Assembly (NCBI GenBank): GCA_040081395.1
Contig: JBEBGN010000004.1
Location: 446 to 64,445 of the forward strand
Direction: 5' to 3'
From: Longimicrobiales bacterium
GTDB lineage: Bacteria > Gemmatimonadota > Gemmatimonadetes > Longimicrobiales > Gaopeijiaceae
DNA: 64,000 nucleotides
Position numbers and translations under genes: made by a program. Below are positions 1-9,595 of this stretch, one piece after another. The stretch's first letter is position 1; each line of letters opens with the position of its first letter. The notes beneath the pieces were generated by a model. That model saw only the letters and a program-made list of their open reading frames with translations, was not told the DNA's origin and did no database searches.

Positions 1-198
1 GGCGGGGCCAAAGGGTCGGACGGCCTCCAAGCGATCAGCGGCGGTGTGGGGCTGGGCCTCGGCCCGGTGCACCTCGACGTGAGCGGCGGCCTCATGTCGG
101 GCGGCTTCGAGTTTGCGAGCTCGTTGGTGACGCCCGAGAACGTCGACTATGCCGGCGGCCACGTGACGGCGTCGGTCCAGATCATGGGAGGGCGGTAG
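1..198 (+). CDS. 3' end of an upstream gene (partial; product unknown, ends ...VQIMGGR*)
   Basis: Frame 1 is open from base 1 to TAG 196-198 with G/C-rich third positions. Its stop overlaps the next GTG by 1 nt (taGTG). No motif recognised. Confidence 0.3.
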   Translation, partial: GGAKGSDGLQAISGGVGLGLGPVHLDVSGGLMSGGFEFASSLVTPENVDYAGGHVTASVQIMGGR

Positions 199-1551
199 GT
201 GAGTTGCGCGCGTCGGCTGCTCGCGATGTGGTTCGCGGCAGCCGGCGCGGCCTGCTCCGATGGCGTGGCTCCCGATCCGTCGGACGGCCTCCCGCTCCTC
301 TTCTCGCTTCAGGCGCCTGCGGCGGTGTCGCAGGCAGAGGTCGGCGCCTTGTCTGCGGCGTTCGGGCTCGTCGATACCTATCACGTCACGGTGCAGGACA
401 GCCTGAGCCAGGGCACGCTCCTCGACGTTACGGTGAGCGTGACGCCGGGCGGGTCCGAACACGCGATCGAATTGGCGCTCCCGCGGCCAACCCTCGGGCT
501 CCCCGTTCTCGTGACCGTGGTAGGGCTCGATGGGTCGCAGGAGCTTTATCGGACGTCATCGTACCTGCGCGTGCAGGATTCTTCGACGGGGACACCGGTA
601 GCGCTCGGTGTCCGCTACACCGGCCCTGGCATTCGGGGGCGCGTCACGAGTGCGGCTGGTGTGCCGCTCGCGGGTGTGGATGTCGACCTGATGCAGGGGA
701 ACAGCCTGATCGGCTCGGTGACCACGGAGCCGGACGGCAGCTACCTCTTCCTCTTGGGGGGCGTCAACACTGGCCTCTACCAGGTAGCGCCCACACCGCC
801 GGGAACCCAGGTCGTGTGTCCGTCGCTGCGGAACGTGAACGTGGTGAACAGCGCCTCGTCGATCGTCGCCGACTTCGCGACGCAGGCGACGGCGTGCCAG
901 ATCGATCTGCTCATCGTGTCCGGGGGTGACCTCGCGTTTGCCGACGACACCGTTGCGGTGAAGGCGTTGTTCGCCGGCGTGCCGAACCTCACCACGCGAG
1001 CGTTCTTCTTCGTGAACGGTCCGCCCGGGCTGAACGTTCTATCCCAGTACGACGTCGTGCTCCTCTTCGCGAACGGTCTCTTCAATCAGTCCCCGGTGCT
1101 GGGCGATCAGATCGAGGACTACGTGCAACTCGGCGGCAACGTCATCACCGCCACGTTCTATTGGCAGAACCGTAGTGACAGCGGCCTAGGCTCGCCGGGG
1201 TGGGGGGCCTTGGAGGCGTTCGATCCGTTCACGAGCGGGAGCGGGCAGACGTATCAGTCCGCGACGCTCAGGAACGACAGCACGCTCATCGCGCATCCGC
1301 TGACCGCGGGGCTGACGACGCTGACCTCCACCGGCTTCCGGGGCGCGGTTGCGGCCAAAGCGAACACGACGGTCGTTGCGCGTTGGAGCGACAACAGCCC
1401 GCTGGTCGGATACCAGACGCTTCCACAGGGGTCGCGGATGGTGGCCATCAGCCTCTTTCCGGCCTCGGGCGCGTCCGCGACCGGCAACGTGGCGACCCTG
1501 TGGCAGAACGCAGCGACGTGGGCGGGAGCGGCCGGAGGGCCTGTCCCCTAG
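199..1551 (+). CDS. Secreted protein with a carboxypeptidase-regulatory-like (CarboxypepD_reg) domain and an unassigned alpha/beta C-terminal half
   Basis: N-terminal hydrophobic signal (LLAMWFAAAGAACS, lipobox-like). GRVTSAAGVPLAGVDVDLMQGN...TTEPDGSYLF matches the CarboxypepD_reg pattern. The C-terminal half (LLIVSGGD...VVLLFANG...GGNVI) is not assigned. Confidence 0.6.
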   Translation: MSCARRLLAMWFAAAGAACSDGVAPDPSDGLPLLFSLQAPAAVSQAEVGALSAAFGLVDTYHVTVQDSLSQGTLLDVTVSVTPGGSEHAIELALPRPTLGLPVLVTVVGLDGSQELYRTSSYLRVQDSSTGTPVALGVRYTGPGIRGRVTSAAGVPLAGVDVDLMQGNSLIGSVTTEPDGSYLFLLGGVNTGLYQVAPTPPGTQVVCPSLRNVNVVNSASSIVADFATQATACQIDLLIVSGGDLAFADDTVAVKALFAGVPNLTTRAFFFVNGPPGLNVLSQYDVVLLFANGLFNQSPVLGDQIEDYVQLGGNVITATFYWQNRSDSGLGSPGWGALEAFDPFTSGSGQTYQSATLRNDSTLIAHPLTAGLTTLTSTGFRGAVAAKANTTVVARWSDNSPLVGYQTLPQGSRMVAISLFPASGASATGNVATLWQNAATWAGAAGGPVP

Positions 1552-1566
1552 GTCACGCAAAGACGT

Positions 1567-2844
1567 CTACCGACGTCGCTCGACCACCATCGCGAAGCCC
1601 ATGCCGCCTGCTGCACAGACGGTGATGAGGCCGAACTGGACGTCGCGGCGCTTCATTTCGTTCAGCAGCGTGGTCGTCAGCCGGCCCCCCGTCGCACCGA
1701 AGGGGTGCCCGATCGCGAGGGATCCCCCCATCACATTGATGCGGTCGACATCCGGGTGTCCGACTGCCTCACTCCGTCCGAGCTCCTTCTGGGCGAACTC
1801 ACGCGACGACAGAGCTTGGAGGTTCGAGAGCACCTGAGCCGCGAACGCCTCGTGCATTTCCATGAGGCCGATATCGACCATGGTGAGGCCGGCTCGGTCG
1901 AGCGCGATCGGCGCTGCGTACGCCGGGCCCTGGAGCAGCTGAGCCGCCGGGTCGAGTGCGGTCCACGCCCAGCTGCGTACGTATCCCATGGGCTCGATGC
2001 CTTCGGCGAGCGCCTTGTCCGCGTTCATGAGCACGACGGCCGACGCGCCGTCCGTGAGAGGCGACGCGTTGCCCGCCGTCACGGAGCCGAACTTCCGATC
2101 GAAGACAGGCGGGAGCATGCCCAACTTCTCCGGCGTCGAGTCCTTGCGGATGCCGTTGTCCTTCTCGACGACCTTGGTGAATGCCGGCGGCACATACACT
2201 ACTGCGAGCTCGGCGGTGAGCCGGCCGTCCTCCGTGCCCGCCGCGGCCAGCCGGTGGGAGCGGAGCGCCCAGTCGTCCTGGGCCTGCCGCGAGATCCCGT
2301 TCAGCTTGGCCATTCGCTCGGCGGCCTGACCCATCGTTTCGCCGGTGGTGGGTTCGGCGATGGCCGGTTGCTGAGGCAGGAGATCCTTCGGTCTCACGGA
2401 CCTGAATGCCCCGAGCTTCTGACCGACCGTCTTGCCTTTGGCGGCAGACACGAGGCTCTTCGACAGGCGTGGGCTCACCGTGATCGGGATGTGCGAGAGC
2501 GATTCCGCACCCCCCGCGATGACCACGTCCGCCTGTCCCGACTCGATGAGCAGAACCCCGTCGGTGATCGCCTGATTGGCCGAGGCGCAGGCCCGCGATA
2601 CGGTGACTGCGGGTACCGTCTTGGGCAGGACCGCGAGACCGACCTCGCGCGCGATGTTCGGCGCCTTCGTGTCGTGCACCACCGTGCCGTACACGAGGTG
2701 GTCGACCCGCTGGCCCGGGAGCCCGCTGCGGGCGAGCACGTCCTTCACGGCCAGCTTGCCCAACTCGATCGCGTTGAGGTCGGCGAAGTCACTCCCGGAT
2801 CGCTGGAACGGCGTCCTGCACCCGGCGACGATGGCGGTCTTCAT
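1567..2844 (-). CDS. Acetyl-CoA C-acyltransferase (thiolase, FadA/FadI-like)
   Basis: MKTAIVAGCRTPF..., active-site SRACASA, C-terminal GHPFGATGGR and CAAGGMG thiolase signatures. Start moved to the ATG at 2844 (cat at 2842-2844); the ORF-track N-terminal extension looks non-coding. Confidence 0.9.
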   Translation of the reverse strand: MKTAIVAGCRTPFQRSGSDFADLNAIELGKLAVKDVLARSGLPGQRVDHLVYGTVVHDTKAPNIAREVGLAVLPKTVPAVTVSRACASANQAITDGVLLIESGQADVVIAGGAESLSHIPITVSPRLSKSLVSAAKGKTVGQKLGAFRSVRPKDLLPQQPAIAEPTTGETMGQAAERMAKLNGISRQAQDDWALRSHRLAAAGTEDGRLTAELAVVYVPPAFTKVVEKDNGIRKDSTPEKLGMLPPVFDRKFGSVTAGNASPLTDGASAVVLMNADKALAEGIEPMGYVRSWAWTALDPAAQLLQGPAYAAPIALDRAGLTMVDIGLMEMHEAFAAQVLSNLQALSSREFAQKELGRSEAVGHPDVDRINVMGGSLAIGHPFGATGGRLTTTLLNEMKRRDVQFGLITVCAAGGMGFAMVVERRR

Positions 2845-3011
2845 GGCCTCAAGCTCGCGAGCGGCGCCCGGGGAATCAAACGTAGGCGCGCTCGCGGTCG
2901 GGCCCCGACTATATTGGCGGCCCGTTCCGTCGAACGGCGCAAACCCTTCCCGCGACTCATGCTCGGCACCAAAGCCCTGCTGGCGGTGGTCCGACGGAGG
3001 AGTGTCCAGAG

Positions 3012-3551
3012 ATGACGAATCCCCGGCACGTGATGGCAGCCATCGAGACCGAGTACCGGCGCTACAAGGCACTCGGAGAAGGTACGATCGAACAGCTCGC
3101 GGACGATCAGCTCGTGTGGCGACCGACGCCCGAGAGTCTGTCCATCGCGATGATCGTGTGGCACGTATCGGGAAACCTGGAGTCGCGCTTCACAGACTTC
3201 CTTACCACGGACGGCGAGAAGCCGTGGAGGAATCGCGACTCGGAGTTCGAAGACCGTCGCGTAGGGCGGGCCGACGTCATGGCCAAATGGGAGCGCGGCT
3301 GGAGCATCCTGTTCGCGGCCCTGGCGCCACTCACGGACGTGGACCTCGTCAGGGTGGTCAGCGTGCGGGGCGTTCCCGCCACGGTCGGCGAGGCGCTGGA
3401 GCGGTCGCTCGCGCACACCAGCTATCACGCCGGGCAGATGACCTACTTGGGGAAGATGTTGCGACGCGATCAGTGGACGTATCTGAGCATCCCGCCGGGT
3501 GCGTCGGTCGCGTACAACACGAACCCGACACTCGAGAAGGGACCGCGCTGA
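3012..3551 (+). CDS. DinB-superfamily / DUF1572-like protein
   Basis: WHVSGNLESRF... and HTSYHAGQM histidine pattern; length about 180 aa, typical of the DinB/DUF1572 four-helix-bundle family. Confidence 0.7.
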   Translation: MTNPRHVMAAIETEYRRYKALGEGTIEQLADDQLVWRPTPESLSIAMIVWHVSGNLESRFTDFLTTDGEKPWRNRDSEFEDRRVGRADVMAKWERGWSILFAALAPLTDVDLVRVVSVRGVPATVGEALERSLAHTSYHAGQMTYLGKMLRRDQWTYLSIPPGASVAYNTNPTLEKGPR

Positions 3552-3554
3552 GCG

Positions 3555-3833
3555 ATGGGCGGCGGGAATGCTGCCGAGCGCGAAGTGATCCTGGCGCGCT
3601 TTGGTCATCGTCACGAGGCAGAGCTAGCGGCGGGCTTCTTGGAAGACGCCGAGATCCCCTACCGCCTCCAGATCGATGATGCTGGCGGGGTCGATTTCGG
3701 TACGACGTTTTCACGTCCGCCCATCCTTTGGGTGCTGGCCGCCGACGAAGCCGACGCTCGCGATGTGTTGGGGCTCGACGACGACGCAGAGATCGGCGAT
3801 GGGGACCCCGAATCGCCAGGGGAGGATTCCTAG
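3555..3833 (+). CDS. Small protein, DUF2007-like (putative signal-transducing fold) with an acidic tail
   Basis: 92 aa. The pattern ILARFGHRHEAELAAGFLEDAEIPY...WVLAADEADARDVL resembles DUF2007. Starts 4 nt after the DinB-like stop and ends 3 nt before the ADH start. Confidence 0.45.
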   Translation: MGGGNAAEREVILARFGHRHEAELAAGFLEDAEIPYRLQIDDAGGVDFGTTFSRPPILWVLAADEADARDVLGLDDDAEIGDGDPESPGEDS

Positions 3834-3836
3834 CCC

Positions 3837-5093
3837 ATGCGAGCAGTCACGTTCGACGTTACGGTGCCCGGGTACCTCTTGGGGAAGGGCCTAGGCGGTG
3901 TCACCGAGTCAGTACTCTTCGGAGGGCTGAGCGGGGTGCGGCTGCGCGATGTGGCGGAGCCCGAACTTCCCGGCGGCGAATGGGTTCGTCTCCAGGTCGT
4001 AGCCTCGGGGATCTGCGGCTCGGACTTGGGCAACATCACGTTCAAGTCGAGTCCTGCAATGGAGCCGTTCGGCTCCTTTCCTGCGGTTCTGGGACACGAG
4101 ATCCTCGCACGGGTCGTCGAGGTAGGCCCCGACGTCAGGGGCCTGGAGCGCGGCCAACGCGTCGCCGTCGACCCGGTCATCTCCTGCACGGTACGTGGTT
4201 TCCACGGTCTGGAGCGATGCGCATCGTGCTCGAGCGGACTCCACGGCACGTGTGAGCGCGCGGGCGAGAGTGGCACGACCGAGGTGGCAGGTCGCGCACT
4301 TCGGCGGGGGCTCACCATCGGATACCAGGCCGATCTCGCGGGCGGGTGGGGCGAACGGATGGTCGTGCACCAGAGCCAGGTCTTCCCGCTCGATGATCGC
4401 GTTTCGGACAAGACGGGCGTGCTCATGGAGCCCCTCGCCGTAGGCATGCATGCGGCGCTCGGGATGCGGCCCTTCGGGCCTGGTCCGGCTCTCGTGATCG
4501 GCAGTGGACCGATTGCGTTGGGATCCATCTGGGCTCTCAGGGCCGCGGGCTTCGAGGGTGAGTTGATCGCGCAGATCAAGCGGGGTCACGAGGCGGATAT
4601 CGCTCGCAGTCTGGGCGCTACCGACGTGGTGTCGCCGGGTGACGAGGCGCGGGAGGCTCTTGTAGAGACGGGCGCGCACGCCTACATGCCGATCGTGGGT
4701 GATGAGGTGTATTCCGGCGGCGGCTTCCCACTGATCTTCGATTGTGTCGGTAGTGCCGAGACGGTCAAGCAGGCGCTGCGCTACGCCGCGCCCCGCGCAC
4801 GCATCGTCCTGCTCGGGTGTGCCGCGGAGATTCCGAAGCTCGATCTCACGTTCGTGTGGGCACGCGAGCTCGCCATCAAAGGGTTCGTTTGCTACGGCGA
4901 AGAGGAGTGGCGCGGGGAGCGACGACACACCTTCGATGTGACGCAGCAACTACTGATCGAGACCGGAGCGCCGCTGGAGCGCATGGTGACGCACGTGTAC
5001 CCGCTGGCGCAGTACCGCGACGCGCTGTCGACGGCGTGGAACCGGCGACGGACAGGGTCGATCAAGGTGCTGCTCGACCCCACGGTCGGCTGA
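3837..5093 (+). CDS. Zinc-dependent alcohol dehydrogenase family (MDR) oxidoreductase
   Basis: GICGSDL and GHE zinc-ligand motifs, structural-zinc Cys cluster (CTVRGFHGLERCASCSSGLHGTC), Rossmann VIGSGPIALG. Confidence 0.85.
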   Translation: MRAVTFDVTVPGYLLGKGLGGVTESVLFGGLSGVRLRDVAEPELPGGEWVRLQVVASGICGSDLGNITFKSSPAMEPFGSFPAVLGHEILARVVEVGPDVRGLERGQRVAVDPVISCTVRGFHGLERCASCSSGLHGTCERAGESGTTEVAGRALRRGLTIGYQADLAGGWGERMVVHQSQVFPLDDRVSDKTGVLMEPLAVGMHAALGMRPFGPGPALVIGSGPIALGSIWALRAAGFEGELIAQIKRGHEADIARSLGATDVVSPGDEAREALVETGAHAYMPIVGDEVYSGGGFPLIFDCVGSAETVKQALRYAAPRARIVLLGCAAEIPKLDLTFVWARELAIKGFVCYGEEEWRGERRHTFDVTQQLLIETGAPLERMVTHVYPLAQYRDALSTAWNRRRTGSIKVLLDPTVG

Positions 5094-5102
5094 CGGGCGT
5101 CA

Positions 5103-6365
5103 GTGCCCATGGGGAGCAGTCCGCGCGTCATCGTAGTCGGCGGGGGCGTCATCGGGGTGAGTTGTGCGTACTATCTCGCTCGCGCCGGTGCTCGCGTGGT
5201 GATTCTCGAGCGCGAACGGCTGGGTGCCGGAGCGTCGTGGGGCAACGCGGGCACGGCTACCCCGGGGCACCCACCGCTCAACAAGCCGGGACGGGTAGGC
5301 AAGGCGATCCGGCACATGCTCGACCCCACCAGTCCGCTCTACATCCATCCGAGCTGGAACCCAGGGCTGTGGCGGTGGCTCATCGGGTTCGCGCGCTACT
5401 GCACTCCCGAGCACGTCGGACACGCCGTGGGCATCATGGCACCGCTCGGCAAGCAGTCGCTCGCGCTCTTCGACCATCTCGTGGTCGAGGAGCGCATAGA
5501 ATGCGAGTACAGGAGGGAGGGCTACTACGACGTCTGTGCCACCGAGGCGGGGCTGGCGGAGGCGCGGCATGAAGCGGCGCTCATCGAGCCGCACGGATAC
5601 AGGCCGGAGACGCTCGATGGCGAGGAAGTGAGACGGCGCGAGCCGGCCCTCGGACCGCACACCATTGGCGCGGTCTTCCACCCCGAGGCCGCATCCATGG
5701 ATCCCGCGCTGTTCCTTGAGCGGTTCGCGCTGGCCGCGGCAAGACGGGGTGTCGAACTCAGAGAGGGCGTCGAGGTGGCGTCGGTGGTACTGGAGAGCGG
5801 ACGCACGACGGGCGTCGCGTTGGCGAGTGGTGCCGTCGAGCCGGCCGACGCGGTGGTATTGGCGACCGGGCCACTGAGCCTGCAGTTGGCCAAGCGGCTC
5901 GGAACCCGACTTCCCGTGCAGCCGGGGAAGGGGTATCACCGGGACATCCCCATTGGGCCGAACGGGGCACCGCGCATCCGCATCGCGTGTGTGCTGCACG
6001 AGGCATCTACGTTCTGTCTCCCCATGGACACGGTGGTGCGCTTCGCCGGCACCATGGAGTTCTCGGGCGCGAACCACGTGATGCGGGGTCCGCGCCTGAG
6101 ACAGCTCACCGCGGCCGGCCGTCTCTATTTCCCCGGCATCGGCACGGCGCGACCCCTCTCCGAGTGGTGCGGGCTCCGCCCCATGTCGGTCGATGGCCTC
6201 CCGATCGTGGGTCCGCTGCCGGGCGTGGGCGGCGTGAGCGTCGCGACCGGGCACGGCATGCTGGGCCTCACGCTTGCGCCCGTCACCGGCGAGCTGATCG
6301 CGAACCACGTCATGGGCCAGGTCGATCCGCGACTCGAGGGACTTTCTCCCGCTCGCTTCGGCTGA
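5103..6365 (+). CDS. FAD-dependent oxidoreductase (D-amino-acid dehydrogenase / DAO family)
   Basis: N-terminal dinucleotide fold VIVVGGGVIGVSCAYYLARAG, C-terminal GLRPMSVDGLPIVG and ATGHGMLG motifs typical of DadA/DAO. GTG at 5103 or ATG at 5109. Confidence 0.85.
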   Translation: MPMGSSPRVIVVGGGVIGVSCAYYLARAGARVVILERERLGAGASWGNAGTATPGHPPLNKPGRVGKAIRHMLDPTSPLYIHPSWNPGLWRWLIGFARYCTPEHVGHAVGIMAPLGKQSLALFDHLVVEERIECEYRREGYYDVCATEAGLAEARHEAALIEPHGYRPETLDGEEVRRREPALGPHTIGAVFHPEAASMDPALFLERFALAAARRGVELREGVEVASVVLESGRTTGVALASGAVEPADAVVLATGPLSLQLAKRLGTRLPVQPGKGYHRDIPIGPNGAPRIRIACVLHEASTFCLPMDTVVRFAGTMEFSGANHVMRGPRLRQLTAAGRLYFPGIGTARPLSEWCGLRPMSVDGLPIVGPLPGVGGVSVATGHGMLGLTLAPVTGELIANHVMGQVDPRLEGLSPARFG

Positions 6366-6424
6366 CGTCAGGGGGCCGGCGGTGCCCAACGGGGGCCATC
6401 GCAGCCAGCCGACCCTCCGCCCGC

Positions 6425-7039
6425 CTACAGGTCGAGCGGAATCACCTCGGGGTGCACCTTGCTCGTCGGCTTCACGCCGTCGACGTCGATCCCTTCGAGC
6501 TTGAGCAAGGCGACCTTGGCCGGAAGTCCGCCGCCGAAGCCGGTCAGGGTCCCGTCGGAAGCCACGACTCGGTGGCACGGGACGATGATCGGGATCGGGT
6601 TCGAGCCCACGGCTTGGCCGACTGCGCGGGCCATGTCGGGCTTGCCGATATCCTTCGCGACTCGGCCGTACGAGACGACGTGCCCGTAGGGGATCGCCAG
6701 CAGGCGGTCATAGACCTCCCGCTGGAAGCCACTAACGGAATCCGGGAAGTCGAGCGCCACCTCGAACGTTCGGCGCCCCTTCGCAAAGTAGTCCTGCAAC
6801 TGATCCACGACCCGGGTCAGCTGCGACGGCCATGCTTCCGGTGGGTCCTCGCGGTGCCCCCGCGGCAGGAGGCCGAACTCGATCCTGCGAACCCCCGCGG
6901 GGGAGACCCACACGGTCAGCGGCCCAGCGCGCGTTGCGCTGAGGTGGGCCGAATGGACCTCGACGGAGGTCAGTGACCGTCTCCGGCGGGGTGCTTCTGG
7001 AGCGCCTGCTGTAGGGCATCGAAGCCGAGCAGCGCGCAT
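6425..7039 (-). CDS. ogt: Methylated-DNA--protein-cysteine methyltransferase
   Basis: Active-site IVPCHRVV and the YGRVA...GQAVGSNP helix-turn-wing. The only canonical in-frame start is the ATG at 7039, which overlaps the sufU 3' end by 70 nt, so the start is uncertain. Confidence 0.8.
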   Translation of the reverse strand: MRAARLRCPTAGAPEAPRRRRSLTSVEVHSAHLSATRAGPLTVWVSPAGVRRIEFGLLPRGHREDPPEAWPSQLTRVVDQLQDYFAKGRRTFEVALDFPDSVSGFQREVYDRLLAIPYGHVVSYGRVAKDIGKPDMARAVGQAVGSNPIPIIVPCHRVVASDGTLTGFGGGLPAKVALLKLEGIDVDGVKPTSKVHPEVIPLDL

Positions 7040-7422
7040 TTGATGCGCACGGGGAACTTGCTGACGCCTGCCAGAGCGCGCAGGTCACCAAGGGCTTTGT
7101 CCTTTGCAGCGTCCGCGTCGCCGTGCATCAACTGGGTGAACCGCTTGGCGAGCGCGTCTGCGTCGGTCAGCGAGCGACCCTTCAGGAGCGTGGTCATCAT
7201 GCTGACGGCGGCCTGCGAGATCGAGCACCCGGAACCGACGAACTTCGCCTCGGCGATCCGGTCGTCCTCGATGCGCAACTGGAGTCGAATCTCGTCGCCG
7301 CAGACCGGATTGGCGAGGTGGACCTCGATCGTCTTCTCGGCCAGCTCTGCTTTGTTCCGAGGATTGCGATAGTGCTCGAGGATGATCTGCTGGTAGAGCG
7401 AGTTGAGCTGCGGAGTGTCCAT
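6970..7422 (-). CDS. sufU: SUF-type Fe-S cluster scaffold / sulfur acceptor SufU (IscU/NifU N-terminal family)
   Basis: LYQQIILEHYRNPRN, NPVCGDEI and GSGCSISQA conserved Cys motifs. Confidence 0.9.
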   Translation of the reverse strand: MDTPQLNSLYQQIILEHYRNPRNKAELAEKTIEVHLANPVCGDEIRLQLRIEDDRIAEAKFVGSGCSISQAAVSMMTTLLKGRSLTDADALAKRFTQLMHGDADAAKDKALGDLRALAGVSKFPVRIKCALLGFDALQQALQKHPAGDGH

Positions 7423-7585
7423 CGGCCGGTCCGTCTCGGGTTCGAGGTCGAAATCTAGGGTACCGCCCGGCAGGCGCTACGGTCCGCGTCCTGGGCGTCG
7501 GCTCCCCCGAGACTCGAGTCGGCTTTCCCGCGCGTTCCCCGCCCGCGACCTTTCACTTTACCCGACGACTCCAACTGCCCGCGTG

Positions 7586-9595
7586 ATGCACGCACCGCTC
7601 CTCGCCGACCTCGTCACACTGCTGGTCGTCTCGATCGGCGTGTTGTACGCATCGTACCGAGTGCGTCTGCCGCCGATCGTCGGGTTCCTGATTTCCGGCA
7701 TGCTACTCGGGCCGCACGGCTTCGTCCTCGTCGAGGGCGGGGAAGACGTCCAGCAGATCGCAGAGATCGGCGTCGTGCTGCTCCTGTTCACGATCGGTCT
7801 CGAGTTTTCGCTCGCGGACCTCATGCGCATGCGGCGCGCTGCGCTCGTCGGTGGGTCGGTTCAGATCGCCCTGGTGACGGGCGCGGTGTTCCTGACGCTG
7901 ATCCAGTTCGGGGTGCCGCCCAATGGTGCACTCTTTTTGGGCCTGACGACGTCACTGAGTTCGACTGCGGTCGTCCTGCGACTCCTGCAGCAGAGCGCCC
8001 AGATCGACGCGCCGCACGGGCGCATGAGCATGGCCATGCTCGTCTATCAGGACCTGATGATCGTCCCGATGATGTTGTTGATCCCAGTGCTCGCAGGTAC
8101 CTCGGGAGGGCTCGTCGGGGCGCTCGGCCGCTTCTTTGTGCAAGCCGTCGCGATCCTCACGGTCGTGACCCTGCTGGCCCGCTTCGTCGTGCCACAGTTG
8201 CTGGACCGCGTTGTGCACACGCGCAGTCGTGATCTCTTCCTGCTCACGATCCTGACCCTGTGCCTCTCGATCGCCTGGGTCGCGTCGCTCGCCGGACTGT
8301 CGCTCGCGCTCGGGGCCTTCCTCGCAGGGCTGCTCGTGTCCGAGTCGGAGTACAGCCATCAAGCGCTCGCGGACATCCTGCCCTTCCGCGACGTGTTCGC
8401 GAGTTTCTTCTTCATCAGCATCGGCATGCTGCTCGACCTGCAGCTTGCGGCCAGCCAGCCCATCCTGCTCGTGGCGCTCGTCCTCGGCGTGCTCCTGGTC
8501 AAGGTCTTGGCCGGAACCATCGCGGTGCTCGTGGTGGGTTCGCCGCTCCGCACAGCGGTCATCACCGGCATGGCGACGAGCCAGGTCGGGGAGTTCTCGT
8601 TCGTGCTCGCGGGTGCGGGCATCGCGGCCGGCCTGGTCAGCGACTCGAGTTACCAGTGGTTCGTCGCCACCACGGTCGCGACCATCGGCCTCACACCTTT
8701 CTTGGTCACGTCGGCACCCCGGCTCGCGAGCCTCCTGCACAGGCTCCCCCTTCCGCACCGCCTCCAGAGCCGGGGACGCGTGGCGGAATCGGAGCGCACA
8801 CCCAAACGGCTCGAGAACCACCTGGTGGTGATCGGATACGGGATCAACGGCCGGAACGTGAGTCGGGCCGCCACCGTCGCCGGCATCCCCTACGTGGCCG
8901 TGGACATGAACCCTGCCCTCGTGACGACCGAGCGCGCGCTCGGCGTCCCGGTGTTCTACGGCGACGCGACGCGCGAGGCGCTGCTCGAGCATCTCGGGGT
9001 ACCGCGCGCGCGGGCGGTGGTCGTCGCGCTCTCCGACGCGGCCGCCACGCGCCAAGTGACCTCCCTCGTCCGAGCGCTCAACCCCACCTGCTCGATCGTG
9101 GCGCGCACGCGGTATGTGCGCGAGGTCGAGGCACTGAAGGGCTTGGGCGCGGATACGGTCGTGCCCGAGGAGCTCGAGACCTCGGTCGAGATCGTCTCGC
9201 GGGTGCTCACCGGCTACCTCGTGCCGCGCGCCGAGATCGAGGCCTTCGTCTCCGAGATCAGGGCGGGCAACTACGAGATGTGGCGCTCGCCCGCCGCCGT
9301 GGCGCCGAGCCTGCATGACCTCAAACAGACGCTCACGGACGTCGAGATCACCACGTTGCGCGTCGATGCGGGCAGCACGCTTGCCGGCCAGCGCCTCGTG
9401 GACTCAGACCTGCGGCGCGTGTTCGGCGTGACGGTCGTCGCGATCCGTCGGGGCGAGCAGCTCATACCGAACCCGCGTGGCGACGAGCGCGTCGTCGAGG
9501 GCGACCTGCTCGTCGTGCTCGGTCTGGGCGAAGAGATCGCGGCGGCGGCCGGCCTGGCCGCCGGCCCACCGGTGGCAGCCGGGAAGACGGACTAG
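7586..9595 (+). CDS. Monovalent cation:proton antiporter-2 (CPA2, KefB/KefC-like) with RCK/TrkA-N and TrkA-C domains
   Basis: About 12 TM segments, then VVIGYGINGRNV (Rossmann TrkA-N) and a C-terminal TrkA-C-like segment (LRVDAGSTLAGQRL...VVAIRRGEQ). Start set to the ATG at 7586 (MHAPLLADL...). Confidence 0.9.
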   Translation: MHAPLLADLVTLLVVSIGVLYASYRVRLPPIVGFLISGMLLGPHGFVLVEGGEDVQQIAEIGVVLLLFTIGLEFSLADLMRMRRAALVGGSVQIALVTGAVFLTLIQFGVPPNGALFLGLTTSLSSTAVVLRLLQQSAQIDAPHGRMSMAMLVYQDLMIVPMMLLIPVLAGTSGGLVGALGRFFVQAVAILTVVTLLARFVVPQLLDRVVHTRSRDLFLLTILTLCLSIAWVASLAGLSLALGAFLAGLLVSESEYSHQALADILPFRDVFASFFFISIGMLLDLQLAASQPILLVALVLGVLLVKVLAGTIAVLVVGSPLRTAVITGMATSQVGEFSFVLAGAGIAAGLVSDSSYQWFVATTVATIGLTPFLVTSAPRLASLLHRLPLPHRLQSRGRVAESERTPKRLENHLVVIGYGINGRNVSRAATVAGIPYVAVDMNPALVTTERALGVPVFYGDATREALLEHLGVPRARAVVVALSDAAATRQVTSLVRALNPTCSIVARTRYVREVEALKGLGADTVVPEELETSVEIVSRVLTGYLVPRAEIEAFVSEIRAGNYEMWRSPAAVAPSLHDLKQTLTDVEITTLRVDAGSTLAGQRLVDSDLRRVFGVTVVAIRRGEQLIPNPRGDERVVEGDLLVVLGLGEEIAAAAGLAAGPPVAAGKTD

